Positions 27,843 to 36,789 are shown, counted from the first letter of the stretch. The stretch: 48,478 nucleotides of DNA from a bacterium (GCA_021790135.1 JAJYIJ010000001.1:1-48478), one strand, 5' to 3'. Notes: a model not told the origin generated them from the sequence alone. Numbers and translations are program-made.

Positions 27843-29489
27843 TTATTTTTCTGGCGGCTGTGCGACACGCAAGAGTTCAGCCACCGTGGTGACACCATTT
27901 TTGACTTTTTCTAACCCATCCTCAAACAAAGTGACAGCACCTTGAGTTTTTGCTAATTCCCAAATTTGTTGGGTGGATGGGGAATGCAGCATGAGTTCGC
28001 GCAGCTCTGGCGTGACAGTAATAAATTCGAAAATAGCTGTCCGGCCGCGGAAACCGGTGCCGCCGCAGCTTGGGCAGCCGTCGCCTTGATACAGCGTGAT
28101 TGTTTTCCCGGAAAAATACTTTTTAGGAAAATGTGGTAGCTCCCGCTCTAGTTGCGCATGCGAAAGAGAAATGCTGTGTTTGCAATGATCACAAATTTTT
28201 CTAACCAACCGCTGGGCAATGACCAGTTCTAGTGTGGAAGCCAAAAGGAACGGTTCGGCCCCCATTTCTAAAAGGCGCGGAATAGCAGTGGCAGCGTCAT
28301 TGGCATGAAAGGTAGAAAGCAAAAGATGGCCGGTAAGCGCCGCATTGACGGCAATTTCCGTTGTCTCCAGATCGCGAATTTCTCCCACGAGAATGACATC
28401 CGGATCTTGGCGGGCGATTGAGCGCAGCCCTTCGGCAAACGTCAAGTTGGTTTGTTGATTTACTTGAATTTGGTTGATGCCTTCTACTTTGTATTCCACC
28501 GGATCCTCGATGGTGGTGATATTTATTTCTGACCGGTTCAAAAGTTTAAGCAAAGCATACAAGGAGGTTGATTTTCCGCTGCCAGTCGGCCCGACCACCA
28601 AAATCATGCCAAAAGGTTTTTTGGCTGTCGTTTCGAGCAAAGCCTGATCTTTTTCTGAAAGTCCCAAATCGCTAAAGGTAAAGCCGTGAACATATTGCGA
28701 CAAAAGCCGGATGGCTACTTTTTCTCCATTTAAAGTCGGCAAAATAGAAACGCGTAAATCAACCTCAGCTTCTTGGGTTTTATACCGGATAGCACCGTCC
28801 TGAGCAGAGAAATGTTCATCAATCGGCAGGTGCGTCTCCACTTTTATGCGGTTCAGAATGTTTGGATAATATTCTTTCGGCATCCGACCAGCTTCCTGCA
28901 ATACGCCATCAACGCGAAAACGGATAATGATTTCTTTTTCTTGCGGCTCAATATGAATATCGGAAGCGCGGAAGGCCAAGGCATCCAAAATAATTTGGTC
29001 AATAATTTCCGGCGCTACGCGTTTTTGTTTAGCAATAATGTCTTTGAAACGCGTCTCCAGTTTTTTCAAATAGTAAACAAATGACTCCTCGACATCTTCA
29101 GGAAAAGCATAGGCGTAGTTTATTTTTTTCCCGGGAAAGGTAGTTTGCAAAATAGTGTTGAGGGCAGTTGTGTCTGTTTCCGCGGTGGCGACCGTTAGTG
29201 CCGTAGTGGTTTGTTTAAAAATGACCGCATGGTGTTCGCGCGCGACCTGTTCGGGCAGCAGGAGCACTTGTTCGCGGCTTGGCTCAACGGTTTTGAGGTC
29301 AGCAAAACTACGCTGCAGCGATTCGGCGATGGCCTGCCCCAAGAGGTTACGAGTGACAATGCCTTCACTGAGTAAAATTTCTGTCAGCGGTTTTTTAGTC
29401 GTGGCCGCCTGTTTTTCGGCTCGGCTGGCATCAGCCTCCGTGATGTAATTTTCTCGGAGAAGGATGGCTTTTATTTGGTCATCATTCAT
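27843..29489 (-). CDS. pilB: Type IV pilus assembly ATPase PilB/GspE, copy 2
   Basis: Walker A VVGPTGSGKSTSLYA, Walker B VILVGEIRD, His box LSTFHAND, tetra-Cys CDHC...CPSC, and an N-terminal T2SSE_N domain. Confidence 0.92.
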   Translation of the reverse strand: MNDDQIKAILLRENYITEADASRAEKQAATTKKPLTEILLSEGIVTRNLLGQAIAESLQRSFADLKTVEPSREQVLLLPEQVAREHHAVIFKQTTTALTVATAETDTTALNTILQTTFPGKKINYAYAFPEDVEESFVYYLKKLETRFKDIIAKQKRVAPEIIDQIILDALAFRASDIHIEPQEKEIIIRFRVDGVLQEAGRMPKEYYPNILNRIKVETHLPIDEHFSAQDGAIRYKTQEAEVDLRVSILPTLNGEKVAIRLLSQYVHGFTFSDLGLSEKDQALLETTAKKPFGMILVVGPTGSGKSTSLYALLKLLNRSEINITTIEDPVEYKVEGINQIQVNQQTNLTFAEGLRSIARQDPDVILVGEIRDLETTEIAVNAALTGHLLLSTFHANDAATAIPRLLEMGAEPFLLASTLELVIAQRLVRKICDHCKHSISLSHAQLERELPHFPKKYFSGKTITLYQGDGCPSCGGTGFRGRTAIFEFITVTPELRELMLHSPSTQQIWELAKTQGAVTLFEDGLEKVKNGVTTVAELLRVAQPPEK

Positions 29490-29504
29490 AGAATTGAGAC
29501 CAGT

Positions 29505-29888
29505 TTATTTAGTAACTAAAGCGCCGACCACGTGGTCAACGATAATGTTAATCGGAGTGTCAGACTTTACCAAATAATCAATCGCTCCCAGATCCTTCAC
29601 CTTCTTTGCGTCGTCCTCCTGACTCAAGTTGCTGGTGACAATGACAGGCGTCTTGTCGTGTCGTTCTTTCAAGGCAGCTAGAACGCCAAAGCCGTCGATT
29701 TTAGGCAGCATCAAATCCAGAAGCACCAAATCATATTTATCTTTCTTCAGTGCATCCAAAGCCTCCTGACCGTCAAAAACAGCTGTGGCTGCGAAGCCGG
29801 AATGCTGCAGTTTGAGCTCCAACGCATGGGCCAGGGGTTTTTCATCGTCCACCACGAGAATTCGTTTCAATTTTTTATCGGTTGGCAT
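29505..29888 (-). CDS. Single-domain response regulator (CheY-like receiver)
   Basis: ILVVDDE, phospho-acceptor context DLVLLDLMLPKIDG, and conserved T/K positions (VIVTSN, DYLVKS). There is no output domain. Confidence 0.88.
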   Translation of the reverse strand: MPTDKKLKRILVVDDEKPLAHALELKLQHSGFAATAVFDGQEALDALKKDKYDLVLLDLMLPKIDGFGVLAALKERHDKTPVIVTSNLSQEDDAKKVKDLGAIDYLVKSDTPINIIVDHVVGALVTK

Positions 29889-30017
29889 GGTATCAGTCAG
29901 AATAGAAGACTAAAGTAAGTATAGCACAAAACTCGTCTGTTGTTTACCAATAATAACCGTCCTTGATTTTTTTCATTTTTTGTGCTATAGTTACCATATA
30001 CTTTTAATCATTTTTAT

Positions 30018-30341
30018 ATGCCTAATTTAGATTTAGTTCACGGTGGGCTTGATACTGCCAGTGAGCCACAAAAAGCCGCTGAAAAGCTTCTCAGTGGTGA
30101 ATTAAAAAAACTATCTCCCCAAATGAGAGTTGAAGTAAAATCCCTTCTGGATGATGTTGGAAGAAGTGGGAGCATCTCCAGGGAGGCAGTCAATGGTCAG
30201 TTGAAGCTTTGGAAAGATGAAGGAATGACGAGAGAACAGGAAAAAGTGATAATCGAATTTTTGAAGGTTTTTGCACCCAGTCTTGTGCCAGATGAAAAGA
30301 CGGGCACGTTGAATCCTCCGGACATGAAAGAAGCGGCCTAA
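30018..30341 (+). CDS. Hypothetical protein (107 aa)
   Basis: ORF only. It is followed by a terminator, and no motif was recognised. Confidence 0.4.
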   Translation: MPNLDLVHGGLDTASEPQKAAEKLLSGELKKLSPQMRVEVKSLLDDVGRSGSISREAVNGQLKLWKDEGMTREQEKVIIEFLKVFAPSLVPDEKTGTLNPPDMKEAA

Positions 30342-30362
30342 TTGTAGATTAAATTTCTCCGT

Positions 30363-30391
30363 AAAAAGGACCCTCAATAGTGGGTCCTTTT
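30363..30391. terminator. Bidirectional rho-independent terminator
   Basis: AAAAA, GGACCC (30368-30373), loop TCAATAGT, GGGTCC (30382-30387), TTTT. Confidence 0.6.
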
Positions 30392-30418
30392 AGTTTGTTA
30401 AGTAATTTTACCGATTCG

Positions 30419-30490
30419 AGCGGGTAACGGGAGTCGAACCCGTGTCACGAGTTTGGAAAACTCGGATAATAGCCGTTATATGATACCCGC
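30419..30490 (-). tRNA. tRNA-Gly (anticodon UCC)
   Basis: Minus-strand cloverleaf. Acceptor GCGGGTA/TACCCGC. Anticodon stem CGAGT/ACTCG carries loop TT-TCC-AA. T-arm is ACGGG-TTCGACT-CCCGT, discriminator U. No encoded CCA. Confidence 0.9.
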
Positions 30491-30512
30491 AATGAGTGAA
30501 AGAATATGAAAA

Positions 30513-30541
30513 AGTATAGCAAAACGTAGTATGTCGGTCAA
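30513..30541 (-). promoter_or_regulatory. Sigma70-type promoter for tRNA-Gly(UCC): TTGACC-17 nt-TATACT
   Basis: On the minus strand, TTGACC is at 30541-30536, the spacer is 17 nt, and TATACT is at 30518-30513. Confidence 0.5.
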
Positions 30542-30545
30542 TACT

Positions 30546-30573
30546 AAAACAAAAAACACTCGATGTGAGTGTT
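30546..30573 (-). terminator. Rho-independent terminator after tRNA-Met
   Basis: On the minus strand, AACACTC / GAGTGTT stem (30555-30561 with 30567-30573) followed by TTTTTTGTTTT. Confidence 0.55.
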
Positions 30574-30583
30574 CTCTGCTTAG

Positions 30584-30657
30584 TTGCGGGGGTGGGATTT
30601 GAACCCACGACCTGTTGGTTATGAGCCAACCGAGCTGCCGGGCTGCTCTACCCCGCT
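30584..30657 (-). tRNA. tRNA-Met (anticodon CAU), initiator-like
   Basis: Acceptor positions 2-7 GCGGGG pair with 66-71 CCCCGC, as in E. coli tRNA-fMet. Position 1 (A) is unpaired with 72 (A), and the A11:U24 pair is present. Two of the three initiator G:C pairs close the anticodon stem (GTTGG/CCAAC). The loop is CT-CAT-AA and the T-arm is GTGGG-TTCAAAT-CCCAC. Confidence 0.8.
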
Positions 30658-30686
30658 ATGAATGCTAGAAAGCAATGACTGGCGGC

Positions 30687-30715
30687 ATTATATCGCGCTT
30701 GCGCTCAAAAGTCAA
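30687..30715 (-). promoter_or_regulatory. Sigma70-type promoter for tRNA-Met: TTGACT-17 nt-TATAAT
   Basis: On the minus strand, TTGACT is at 30715-30710, the spacer is 17 nt, and TATAAT is at 30692-30687. Confidence 0.55.
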
Positions 30716-30876
30716 ATGTTATAAGCCTTTAAAGCTGATATGTGTTGTCATGACTAGTTATATATAGTGGAGAAAGTGACAAATTTGGTGAGAGTCTACC
30801 TTTACTATATTTGACATTAAACATCGGATACGTTACTGTGAAATGCGAAATATTAAAGTTAGATTAAATAATAGTT

Positions 30877-32037
30877 ATGAAAAAAATATTAATTAGTCTC
30901 ACCGCCTTACTTTTTTTAGCAGGAGCTGGGTGTAGTTCTGTCAGCAACCAGCCTGCCCCAACCGCTTTTCCCCAGCAAACGAACACCAAAGGTAGCGATC
31001 AGAGACCCAATGACAATGTTCAGCAAAACACTAGCACTGAACAGGCAAATCAAACCCAGCCGTCAGCCGGTGCGCTCAATTCTTATCTGGTAATGGAAAA
31101 GTATATTTATGTTTCCGGTCATCCTCAAGATGAGTCTTTTTCATTCTACACTACTGATGGTCAACTGATTAAAACTTTGTCAGCACCGAGCGATATGATC
31201 AAAGGCATTGTTGGCAACAGACTGGCGGCCGGCGACAGTATTTTTTACCTCGGTGGGACCACTTTGGATACCAGCATCAAAAAAATGAGCACGACTGACG
31301 GCAGTATCACCGCTCTAGATTTTACACGTTCTCAGAACACCAATGTTGGTAATGTACTTTCCGCGATTCCAACGTGGGCCGTTTCCAATGACGGCCAACA
31401 TGTTGCTTGGGTCGATACCACAGGTAAAATTAGGGTAGCCGACAGTGACGGGTCGCATTTGCTCACTTTAATGACCAAAGAAACCAACCCCGATTTCATT
31501 TGGCTGCAATTTTCTCCTGATGCTAACAGTCTATATTACTGGGATGGAGAGAGCGAGAATCTCATGAAATGGAATTTGGTCAACAATACACAGACAATGG
31601 TCATGGCTAAAGTTTCCCTTAACCGCGATTTTACCCTATCACCATCTGGAAAGTATCTTGTTTATTACTCTGACAAAGGAGACGCCATCATCAAAAATTT
31701 GTTGACGGGTAGCCAAGTCACTATTCCTTTGGATAAAAATTATGATCTTTTTGAGGGCGTGTCATTCTCGCCTGACGAGCGGAAGATAGTTCTTGGCGAG
31801 ACGGTGATGGGGATGGATGGGAGCGGGCAACCAAATGTGATGATGGTGGCAGACGTCGATAGTGGCAAGACTTCAGCGATAGGAAAAAATCTTTCGCCCC
31901 TGGACTTTATTTCCAACTCGCTCATTCTTGTTCAAGACGGCGTCACCGGCGCCAACGCTAGTATCCAAACCAACGGACAAAACCTGAAGAAAATCTCCAA
32001 TGATCAGTATTATGTCGGGTCTGTCGCTGACGAATGA
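30877..32037 (+). CDS. Secreted or lipoprotein beta-propeller protein (TolB/PD40-like repeats)
   Basis: Signal peptide with lipobox-like LAGAGC. Repeated F/LSPD-type blades: FSPDANSLYYW, LSPSGKYLVYYSD and FSPDERKIVLG. Confidence 0.6.
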   Translation: MKKILISLTALLFLAGAGCSSVSNQPAPTAFPQQTNTKGSDQRPNDNVQQNTSTEQANQTQPSAGALNSYLVMEKYIYVSGHPQDESFSFYTTDGQLIKTLSAPSDMIKGIVGNRLAAGDSIFYLGGTTLDTSIKKMSTTDGSITALDFTRSQNTNVGNVLSAIPTWAVSNDGQHVAWVDTTGKIRVADSDGSHLLTLMTKETNPDFIWLQFSPDANSLYYWDGESENLMKWNLVNNTQTMVMAKVSLNRDFTLSPSGKYLVYYSDKGDAIIKNLLTGSQVTIPLDKNYDLFEGVSFSPDERKIVLGETVMGMDGSGQPNVMMVADVDSGKTSAIGKNLSPLDFISNSLILVQDGVTGANASIQTNGQNLKKISNDQYYVGSVADE

Positions 32038-32070
32038 TTTTTTCCGAATTTAGGATCGTTTAAGAAAATT

Positions 32071-32102
32071 AAAATATCCACGTCGATCGTGGATATTTTT
32101 TT
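32071..32102. terminator. Bidirectional rho-independent terminator
   Basis: ATATCCACG (32074-32082) pairs with CGTGGATAT (32088-32096), flanked by an A-run and a T-run. Confidence 0.65.
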
Positions 32103-32105
32103 GTG

Positions 32106-32179
32106 AGCGGTAGACCGGATTTGAACCGGCGACCTTCTCCTTGGCAAGGAGACGTTCTAGCCAACTGAACTACTACCGC
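32106..32179 (-). tRNA. tRNA-Gly (anticodon GCC)
   Basis: Acceptor GCGGTAG/CTACCGC. D-arm GTTC..GAAC. Anticodon stem TCTCC/GGAGA carries loop TT-GCC-AA. T-arm is GCCGG-TTCAAAT-CCGGT, discriminator U. Confidence 0.92.
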
Positions 32180-32273
32180 GTTTCAAGTGAAAACAATTAT
32201 ACTACGTGGGCAGAATTTGTCAATAAAATACGGGCATATTCTGCTCATTAACAAAGACGCCTGGCTTATTCTC

Positions 32274-33326
32274 CTATAATTTATTCAATTCGGCGTGGTA
32301 GTAGGATTCGTACATTTGCCAAAACGATAGGAAAAGAGCGGCCACGATCGGCCCAATAACAAAACCGGAAATATTGAATAATAATAATCCGCCCAAAGTT
32401 GAAAAGAGTATGATAAGAGGATGCATTTGAATGCCTTTGCCGATCACAATCGGCCGTAAAAAGTTATCGATCATGGTAATTACCAGTGATCCAACCAGTA
32501 GAATGGTAACACCTTGCCAAAGGTGGCCGCTGAAAAGCATTATGATGCCGGCGGGCAGCCAAACAAAAAAGGTGCCAGTAGCTGGAATTACTGAAAAAAC
32601 GAACATCAAAATACCCCAGACCGCCGGACTGGGTATGCCACAAGCGGCAAAAAGAATGCCCCCCATGAGGCCTTGAAGCCCGCCCAGAAAGAGAGTGCCG
32701 CGAATCGTGGCACTGGCTGTCGATGTAAAATTTGTGTAAAGGAGGGCTTCATTGTGAGCGCCAAGTGGGAGCAGATAAAAAATTTTTTTTAAAAATTGTT
32801 CGCCGTCACGAATAAAAAAGAACATGGTATAAAAGAGCAAAAACAGAAATGCCAAGAAAGCCAAGCTGTTTTGAATGAAGCTCGTGGCGGAGCCGATAAG
32901 CGAAGTAACCAGTTCGCCGCCGATTCGGCTGAAATTTTCATTAATAACCAAGCTATTGATATTAAGACGAGCCGTCAGCGCGTTATGCTCGAGAAAATCG
33001 GAGGTTTTAATTAATGCTTCGGTTAAATAGTGGCCGATGGTGCCAAAGGAGCTGTAAATTGAAAGGGCTTCATTGGCGAGAATGACCGTTAGAATAACGA
33101 CTGGCAAAATGATAATAACAGCGATAAGAGAAAGTGTAATAATAGTACTTAAATTACGGTGGTTGACGAAATGATCAATGCGCTTAAAAACCGGATGAAA
33201 CAAAGCGGCAATTACGGCTGCCCAAAAAATTGGATAAACAAACGGCGTAATCAGGTACAAAAAATAAATGGTCACCAAAAGAAGCATGATAAGGAAGACG
33301 TAATTTTTGATTCGAGAAAAATCCAT
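32274..33326 (-). CDS. AI-2E family (PerM/UPF0118) membrane transporter
   Basis: Multi-TM protein with the family C-terminal block FLRPIVIGKGIQMHPLIILFSTLGGLLLFNISGFVIGPIVAALF. The start is set at the ATG at 33326 to avoid overlapping the flippase gene. Confidence 0.75.
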   Translation of the reverse strand: MDFSRIKNYVFLIMLLLVTIYFLYLITPFVYPIFWAAVIAALFHPVFKRIDHFVNHRNLSTIITLSLIAVIIILPVVILTVILANEALSIYSSFGTIGHYLTEALIKTSDFLEHNALTARLNINSLVINENFSRIGGELVTSLIGSATSFIQNSLAFLAFLFLLFYTMFFFIRDGEQFLKKIFYLLPLGAHNEALLYTNFTSTASATIRGTLFLGGLQGLMGGILFAACGIPSPAVWGILMFVFSVIPATGTFFVWLPAGIIMLFSGHLWQGVTILLVGSLVITMIDNFLRPIVIGKGIQMHPLIILFSTLGGLLLFNISGFVIGPIVAALFLSFWQMYESYYHAELNKL

Positions 33327-33360
33327 ACAAAAAAATAAAAGTATTGGTATTGTAGCAAAG

Positions 33361-34788
33361 CTAGGTGTTTGTCGCAACGTTGCGTTGTGGCAGTAGTTCT
33401 TTTAACGTCTGAATCGAAGTAACGCCAAAGAGCAGAATGAGCGCCGCGTAGACTATGGTTCCAAGCAGGATCGAGAGAAAAAGAGACAGCGGCTGCACGA
33501 GATACAGCATTAGGGCCATAATGAGACTGGCCAAAAGAATTTTAATGAGCGGAAGCATGTCCGGACGAACATGGCTGTAGCGGATAGTCAAGAGCGTTAG
33601 GAAGAAGCCGGCATAAAATTCGGAGAAAATCGTAACGCCGATTGCCCCGTACCAGCCGTAGTGGGCGATAAAATAAAGGTAAGCGATAACGCTGAAAATG
33701 GCATCCGAAACATACACCCACATTGTTTCTTTTTGTCGGTCAATGGCCAGCGCGATATGGCCAAAAATCATCCCAAAGCAGGTACCCAAAATTGAAATAC
33801 TGAGCCAGCGCAGCACAACTCCGGCGTTGCTGAAATCCGGCCCGAAAATCCAGCGCATGATGGGCGTCGCCAACACAAAAATACCGGCCGAGGCAGGCAA
33901 TAGAATCATGGCCAGCAAATTAAAACCAAGCTGGTAACGTTTTTTAAATTCACCGAGCATGTTGCGTGACCAGGAAAAAGTGACCTGGGGCATGACCAGC
34001 CCCATCAGGAGCGCTGCAATTTGTGTCACCACGTCCAAAACTCGGTAGGCGACCCCGTAGAAACCGACTAATCGCTGCGCGACAAAGAGCGGTAAAATGA
34101 CGCGGTCGGCCTGCAGATAACAGGCATTGCTCATGGTGGAAACGGCTGTTGGCCACATTTTACGCCAAAAAATGCGTGACACCGCCCAATCGATGTGCAA
34201 TTTTATTCCATGGATCGTCCGCCAGACATACAGCGTTGAAATAACTGAGGCCAGCGTAATGACCACCATAATCGGCAAAAATCCCCAGGCCTCATGCGCG
34301 GCCAGAGACACACCCGCCACGAGTATAACGCGGCTAAGCACGTCGCCAATGGTAACCAAAAGCATTTTAAGCCGTTCTCGGTAGTAACCGGTAAAAACTT
34401 GTATCAAGGCGCTGGCAAAGAATGAAATGCTTAAAACGGCGACGGCAATTTTAATTGTGGCATTATAAGGGAAGAAAAGAATAATAATCGGCGCGAGGCC
34501 ATTAAAAAGAAGTGCGCTCAAAAAACGCCAGGTAAAGATAGTATTCAGGACTTTGTTTCTGTCCAATCCTGGCTCGGCAAGCATTTTAGAACTGGTCACG
34601 GTGAAACCAAAATCGCTCAGGATACCGATAAATTGCAAAAAACCGGTGGCAGTAACATACCAACCGATTTTTTCCGCGCCCAGGGTGCGGGTCATTACGG
34701 CCAAGGCCAGCATCCCAAGGAGCGTGCTGATTGCCTTGCCGATGATTTGAATAAGAGTGTTATGGGCGATTGCCCGGTTCAGCGACAT
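33361..34788 (-). CDS. MOP-superfamily oligosaccharide/polysaccharide flippase (Wzx/MurJ-like)
   Basis: 475-aa protein with ~12-14 TM helices and a Polysacc_synt-like N-terminus (NTLIQIIGKAISTLLGMLALAVMTRTLGAEKIG). Confidence 0.7.
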   Translation of the reverse strand: MSLNRAIAHNTLIQIIGKAISTLLGMLALAVMTRTLGAEKIGWYVTATGFLQFIGILSDFGFTVTSSKMLAEPGLDRNKVLNTIFTWRFLSALLFNGLAPIIILFFPYNATIKIAVAVLSISFFASALIQVFTGYYRERLKMLLVTIGDVLSRVILVAGVSLAAHEAWGFLPIMVVITLASVISTLYVWRTIHGIKLHIDWAVSRIFWRKMWPTAVSTMSNACYLQADRVILPLFVAQRLVGFYGVAYRVLDVVTQIAALLMGLVMPQVTFSWSRNMLGEFKKRYQLGFNLLAMILLPASAGIFVLATPIMRWIFGPDFSNAGVVLRWLSISILGTCFGMIFGHIALAIDRQKETMWVYVSDAIFSVIAYLYFIAHYGWYGAIGVTIFSEFYAGFFLTLLTIRYSHVRPDMLPLIKILLASLIMALMLYLVQPLSLFLSILLGTIVYAALILLFGVTSIQTLKELLPQRNVATNT

Positions 34789-34862
34789 AGGAGTGACCCA
34801 TAGTATAACATAGAGCCGCCATTCCCGCGAAACGCAGGCTATGCTATACTAGACGCTCATAT

Positions 34863-35867
34863 ATGAAAAAGAATCATTCCTTTGCCATTTTTTTTCTTAG
34901 TTTAGCCGTTTTACTTCTTTTAGTGCCATTTGAGAAGGCGGCAGCCGACTCATTGTCGACACAATCAAATGCGGGGGCGTTGCCAGCGGAGAAAATCGAA
35001 ACAAGTGATGATTCGGTGACTGTTCAGCCGGAGCCGATAATTAGAGTTGACATTGACAAAACTCTCACGCCACTACATTTTTTTAGCCCTTTCGGTTATT
35101 TTGTCTACCAAGACAACAAATTAATGGCCGTTCTCACAGCCAGCAGTACGGCCACGCTTTCCTATAAAAAAGGAATCTATTTTTTTAAAAGCAATTCTGA
35201 ATCTTTCAGCGGTACCGGCGTCGTTCGTCTTATTCCGGATAATGCCAAACACTACTTTATACTTACAAATCTGAATCGTCGCGTAAGCGGGCGCGAGGGG
35301 AATTTTAATGAATATCAGGGCACATTTGAATACCGCTATTCTCCGCGAACGAATGCGGTGTATGCTATTAACGAATTGCCGCTCGAGGAGTATGTTGATG
35401 GAATCGCCGAGGTAAGCGATAATGACCCGACTGAATATATTGAGGCTCTGCTGACGGCCGCTCGCACCTATGCGTACGTCAATATCGCTTCAACGACTCC
35501 GCGCCATCTTTTTGATGTGTATGCCTCGACAGTTGATCAACTATACCTCGGCTACCGATCCGCTTTGGAGATGCCGCGTGTTGTTGCTGCCGCTGCCGAC
35601 ACAGCCGGTCAAATGGTTACGTTCCAAAATACGCCAGTTATTACTTTTTATTTTGGCCATTCAGATGGTCGCACCCGCGGTGATAAATATTTACGGCCCT
35701 GGCTGCAAAGCGTGCCAGCGCCGTATGATAAAGGTTTAAAACAATGGGGCCACGGCGTGGGAATGAGCTGCCACGACGCGCTTGAACACGCGCTGAAAGA
35801 TGGCTGGATGTACGATCAAATCTTGCGTTACTACTACACCAGTACGCAAATTGAACGTATCTACTAG
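34863..35867 (+). CDS. SpoIID/LytB-domain protein (peptidoglycan lytic transglycosylase/amidase-enhancer family)
   Basis: Signal peptide. Family blocks LPLEEYVDGIAEVSDNDPTEYIEALLTAARTYAY and FDVYASTVDQLYLGY, plus TFYFGHSDGRT and WGHGVGMS. Confidence 0.8.
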   Translation: MKKNHSFAIFFLSLAVLLLLVPFEKAAADSLSTQSNAGALPAEKIETSDDSVTVQPEPIIRVDIDKTLTPLHFFSPFGYFVYQDNKLMAVLTASSTATLSYKKGIYFFKSNSESFSGTGVVRLIPDNAKHYFILTNLNRRVSGREGNFNEYQGTFEYRYSPRTNAVYAINELPLEEYVDGIAEVSDNDPTEYIEALLTAARTYAYVNIASTTPRHLFDVYASTVDQLYLGYRSALEMPRVVAAAADTAGQMVTFQNTPVITFYFGHSDGRTRGDKYLRPWLQSVPAPYDKGLKQWGHGVGMSCHDALEHALKDGWMYDQILRYYYTSTQIERIY

Positions 35868-35879
35868 TATCGAAGCAGA

Positions 35880-36425
35880 TTATGTCGAAGAAGGAGGATG
35901 AAACTTTCGATCACTTTCGGCCAAATCTAAAATAATTTTACGTAAGTTCTCCGGTTGGGGGACATTTTTAATATTGAATTCCTCCATTTTGCCGGCAGTT
36001 TGAAGTAACAATGTTCCGTAATGAAAAACTGAGGCAAAAACACCCTCCATTTCAGAGGTGATGTCTTGAATTCGGTAGAGATCAAGTTCGGAAATAATGC
36101 GTGAAAAAAGACCCTGCTGCTCAATGTAGAGAAGGCGATCATTCGTGAGGATAAGCAAATTGAGATAAAAAGTGACGAAGTAGGTATACGCAAAGACAAC
36201 AATCAAAAGCAGGTAGACGCTGGCTGCGAGCAAAAGCAGAGCATAGGCTATTTCATTTTGTAAAAGCATTGGATAGGCGGCATGAATAAACCAACCAAGA
36301 GCGAAGGGCACCAACAATAAAATGAAAAAACCAATCAGCGGTGGCACCACAGTTATTGTATGGCGGCGGATTTGATACAAAATTCGTTCGTATGGTTTTT
36401 GATGGATAAAAGCGACAAGGCGCAT
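35880..36425 (-). CDS. Membrane protein with bacterial PH domain (YdbS/YdbT-like, bPH_2)
   Basis: Two N-terminal TM helices followed by LTNDRLLYIEQQGLFSRIISELDLYRIQDI, the bPH_2 pattern. Confidence 0.6.
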   Translation of the reverse strand: MRLVAFIHQKPYERILYQIRRHTITVVPPLIGFFILLLVPFALGWFIHAAYPMLLQNEIAYALLLLAASVYLLLIVVFAYTYFVTFYLNLLILTNDRLLYIEQQGLFSRIISELDLYRIQDITSEMEGVFASVFHYGTLLLQTAGKMEEFNIKNVPQPENLRKIILDLAESDRKFHPPSST

Positions 36426-36429
36426 AGTA

Positions 36430-36714
36430 TTATTGCGTCGGTGGGAAATAATTGCTGTTGGTCGCCGTTCCTGACCAGGAACCGCCCCATAGAGTGACAG
36501 GCTGTTGCCAGTTGATTGGCAAAGCGAACCAAATTGTGGCGATTACGGTAATAACCGCCAAACCAAGCGTGATCATTGTTACCATCGAACTGGTGGCGTC
36601 AAGCATACCCGTTTTTATCAGATGGGCAACATCAATCAAACCGAAAGTGATAAACCACAATAGGAAGAACCCGTACAGAAATAGAAAATCAAAAAGAGGA
36701 AGGGAAATGCTCAT
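36430..36714 (-). CDS. Small hypothetical membrane protein (94 aa, ~3 TM)
   Basis: ORF with three hydrophobic segments, tightly packed 4 nt upstream of the PH-domain gene. Confidence 0.45.
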   Translation of the reverse strand: MSISLPLFDFLFLYGFFLLWFITFGLIDVAHLIKTGMLDATSSMVTMITLGLAVITVIATIWFALPINWQQPVTLWGGSWSGTATNSNYFPPTQ

Positions 36715-36789
36715 AGAACTTTATGAATGCAGATAGTGTAGCAAATTTTTTTCTCTCCGACAATGAATTGAAACGAACTGCAACCGGAT

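Noticed and set aside
25990-27898. Long N-terminal extensions in the ORF track for the minor pilin (to 26586) and for pilC2 (to 27898); likewise 10785-12077 and 18928-20019
   Set aside because: The extensions overlap upstream genes or a terminator, and in the pilin case they precede the true prepilin leader. Internal ATGs at 26436, 27832, 11996 and 18973 give canonical N-termini and tight gene spacing.
30408-30629. 73-aa minus-strand ORF
   Set aside because: It is almost entirely composed of the tRNA-Gly(UCC) and tRNA-Met genes and their spacer.
32074-32096. TATCCAC-containing sequence as an additional DnaA box
   Set aside because: It forms the two arms of a perfect terminator hairpin between the lipoprotein gene and tRNA-Gly(GCC). 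The match is only 7 of 9 and is explained by the hairpin.
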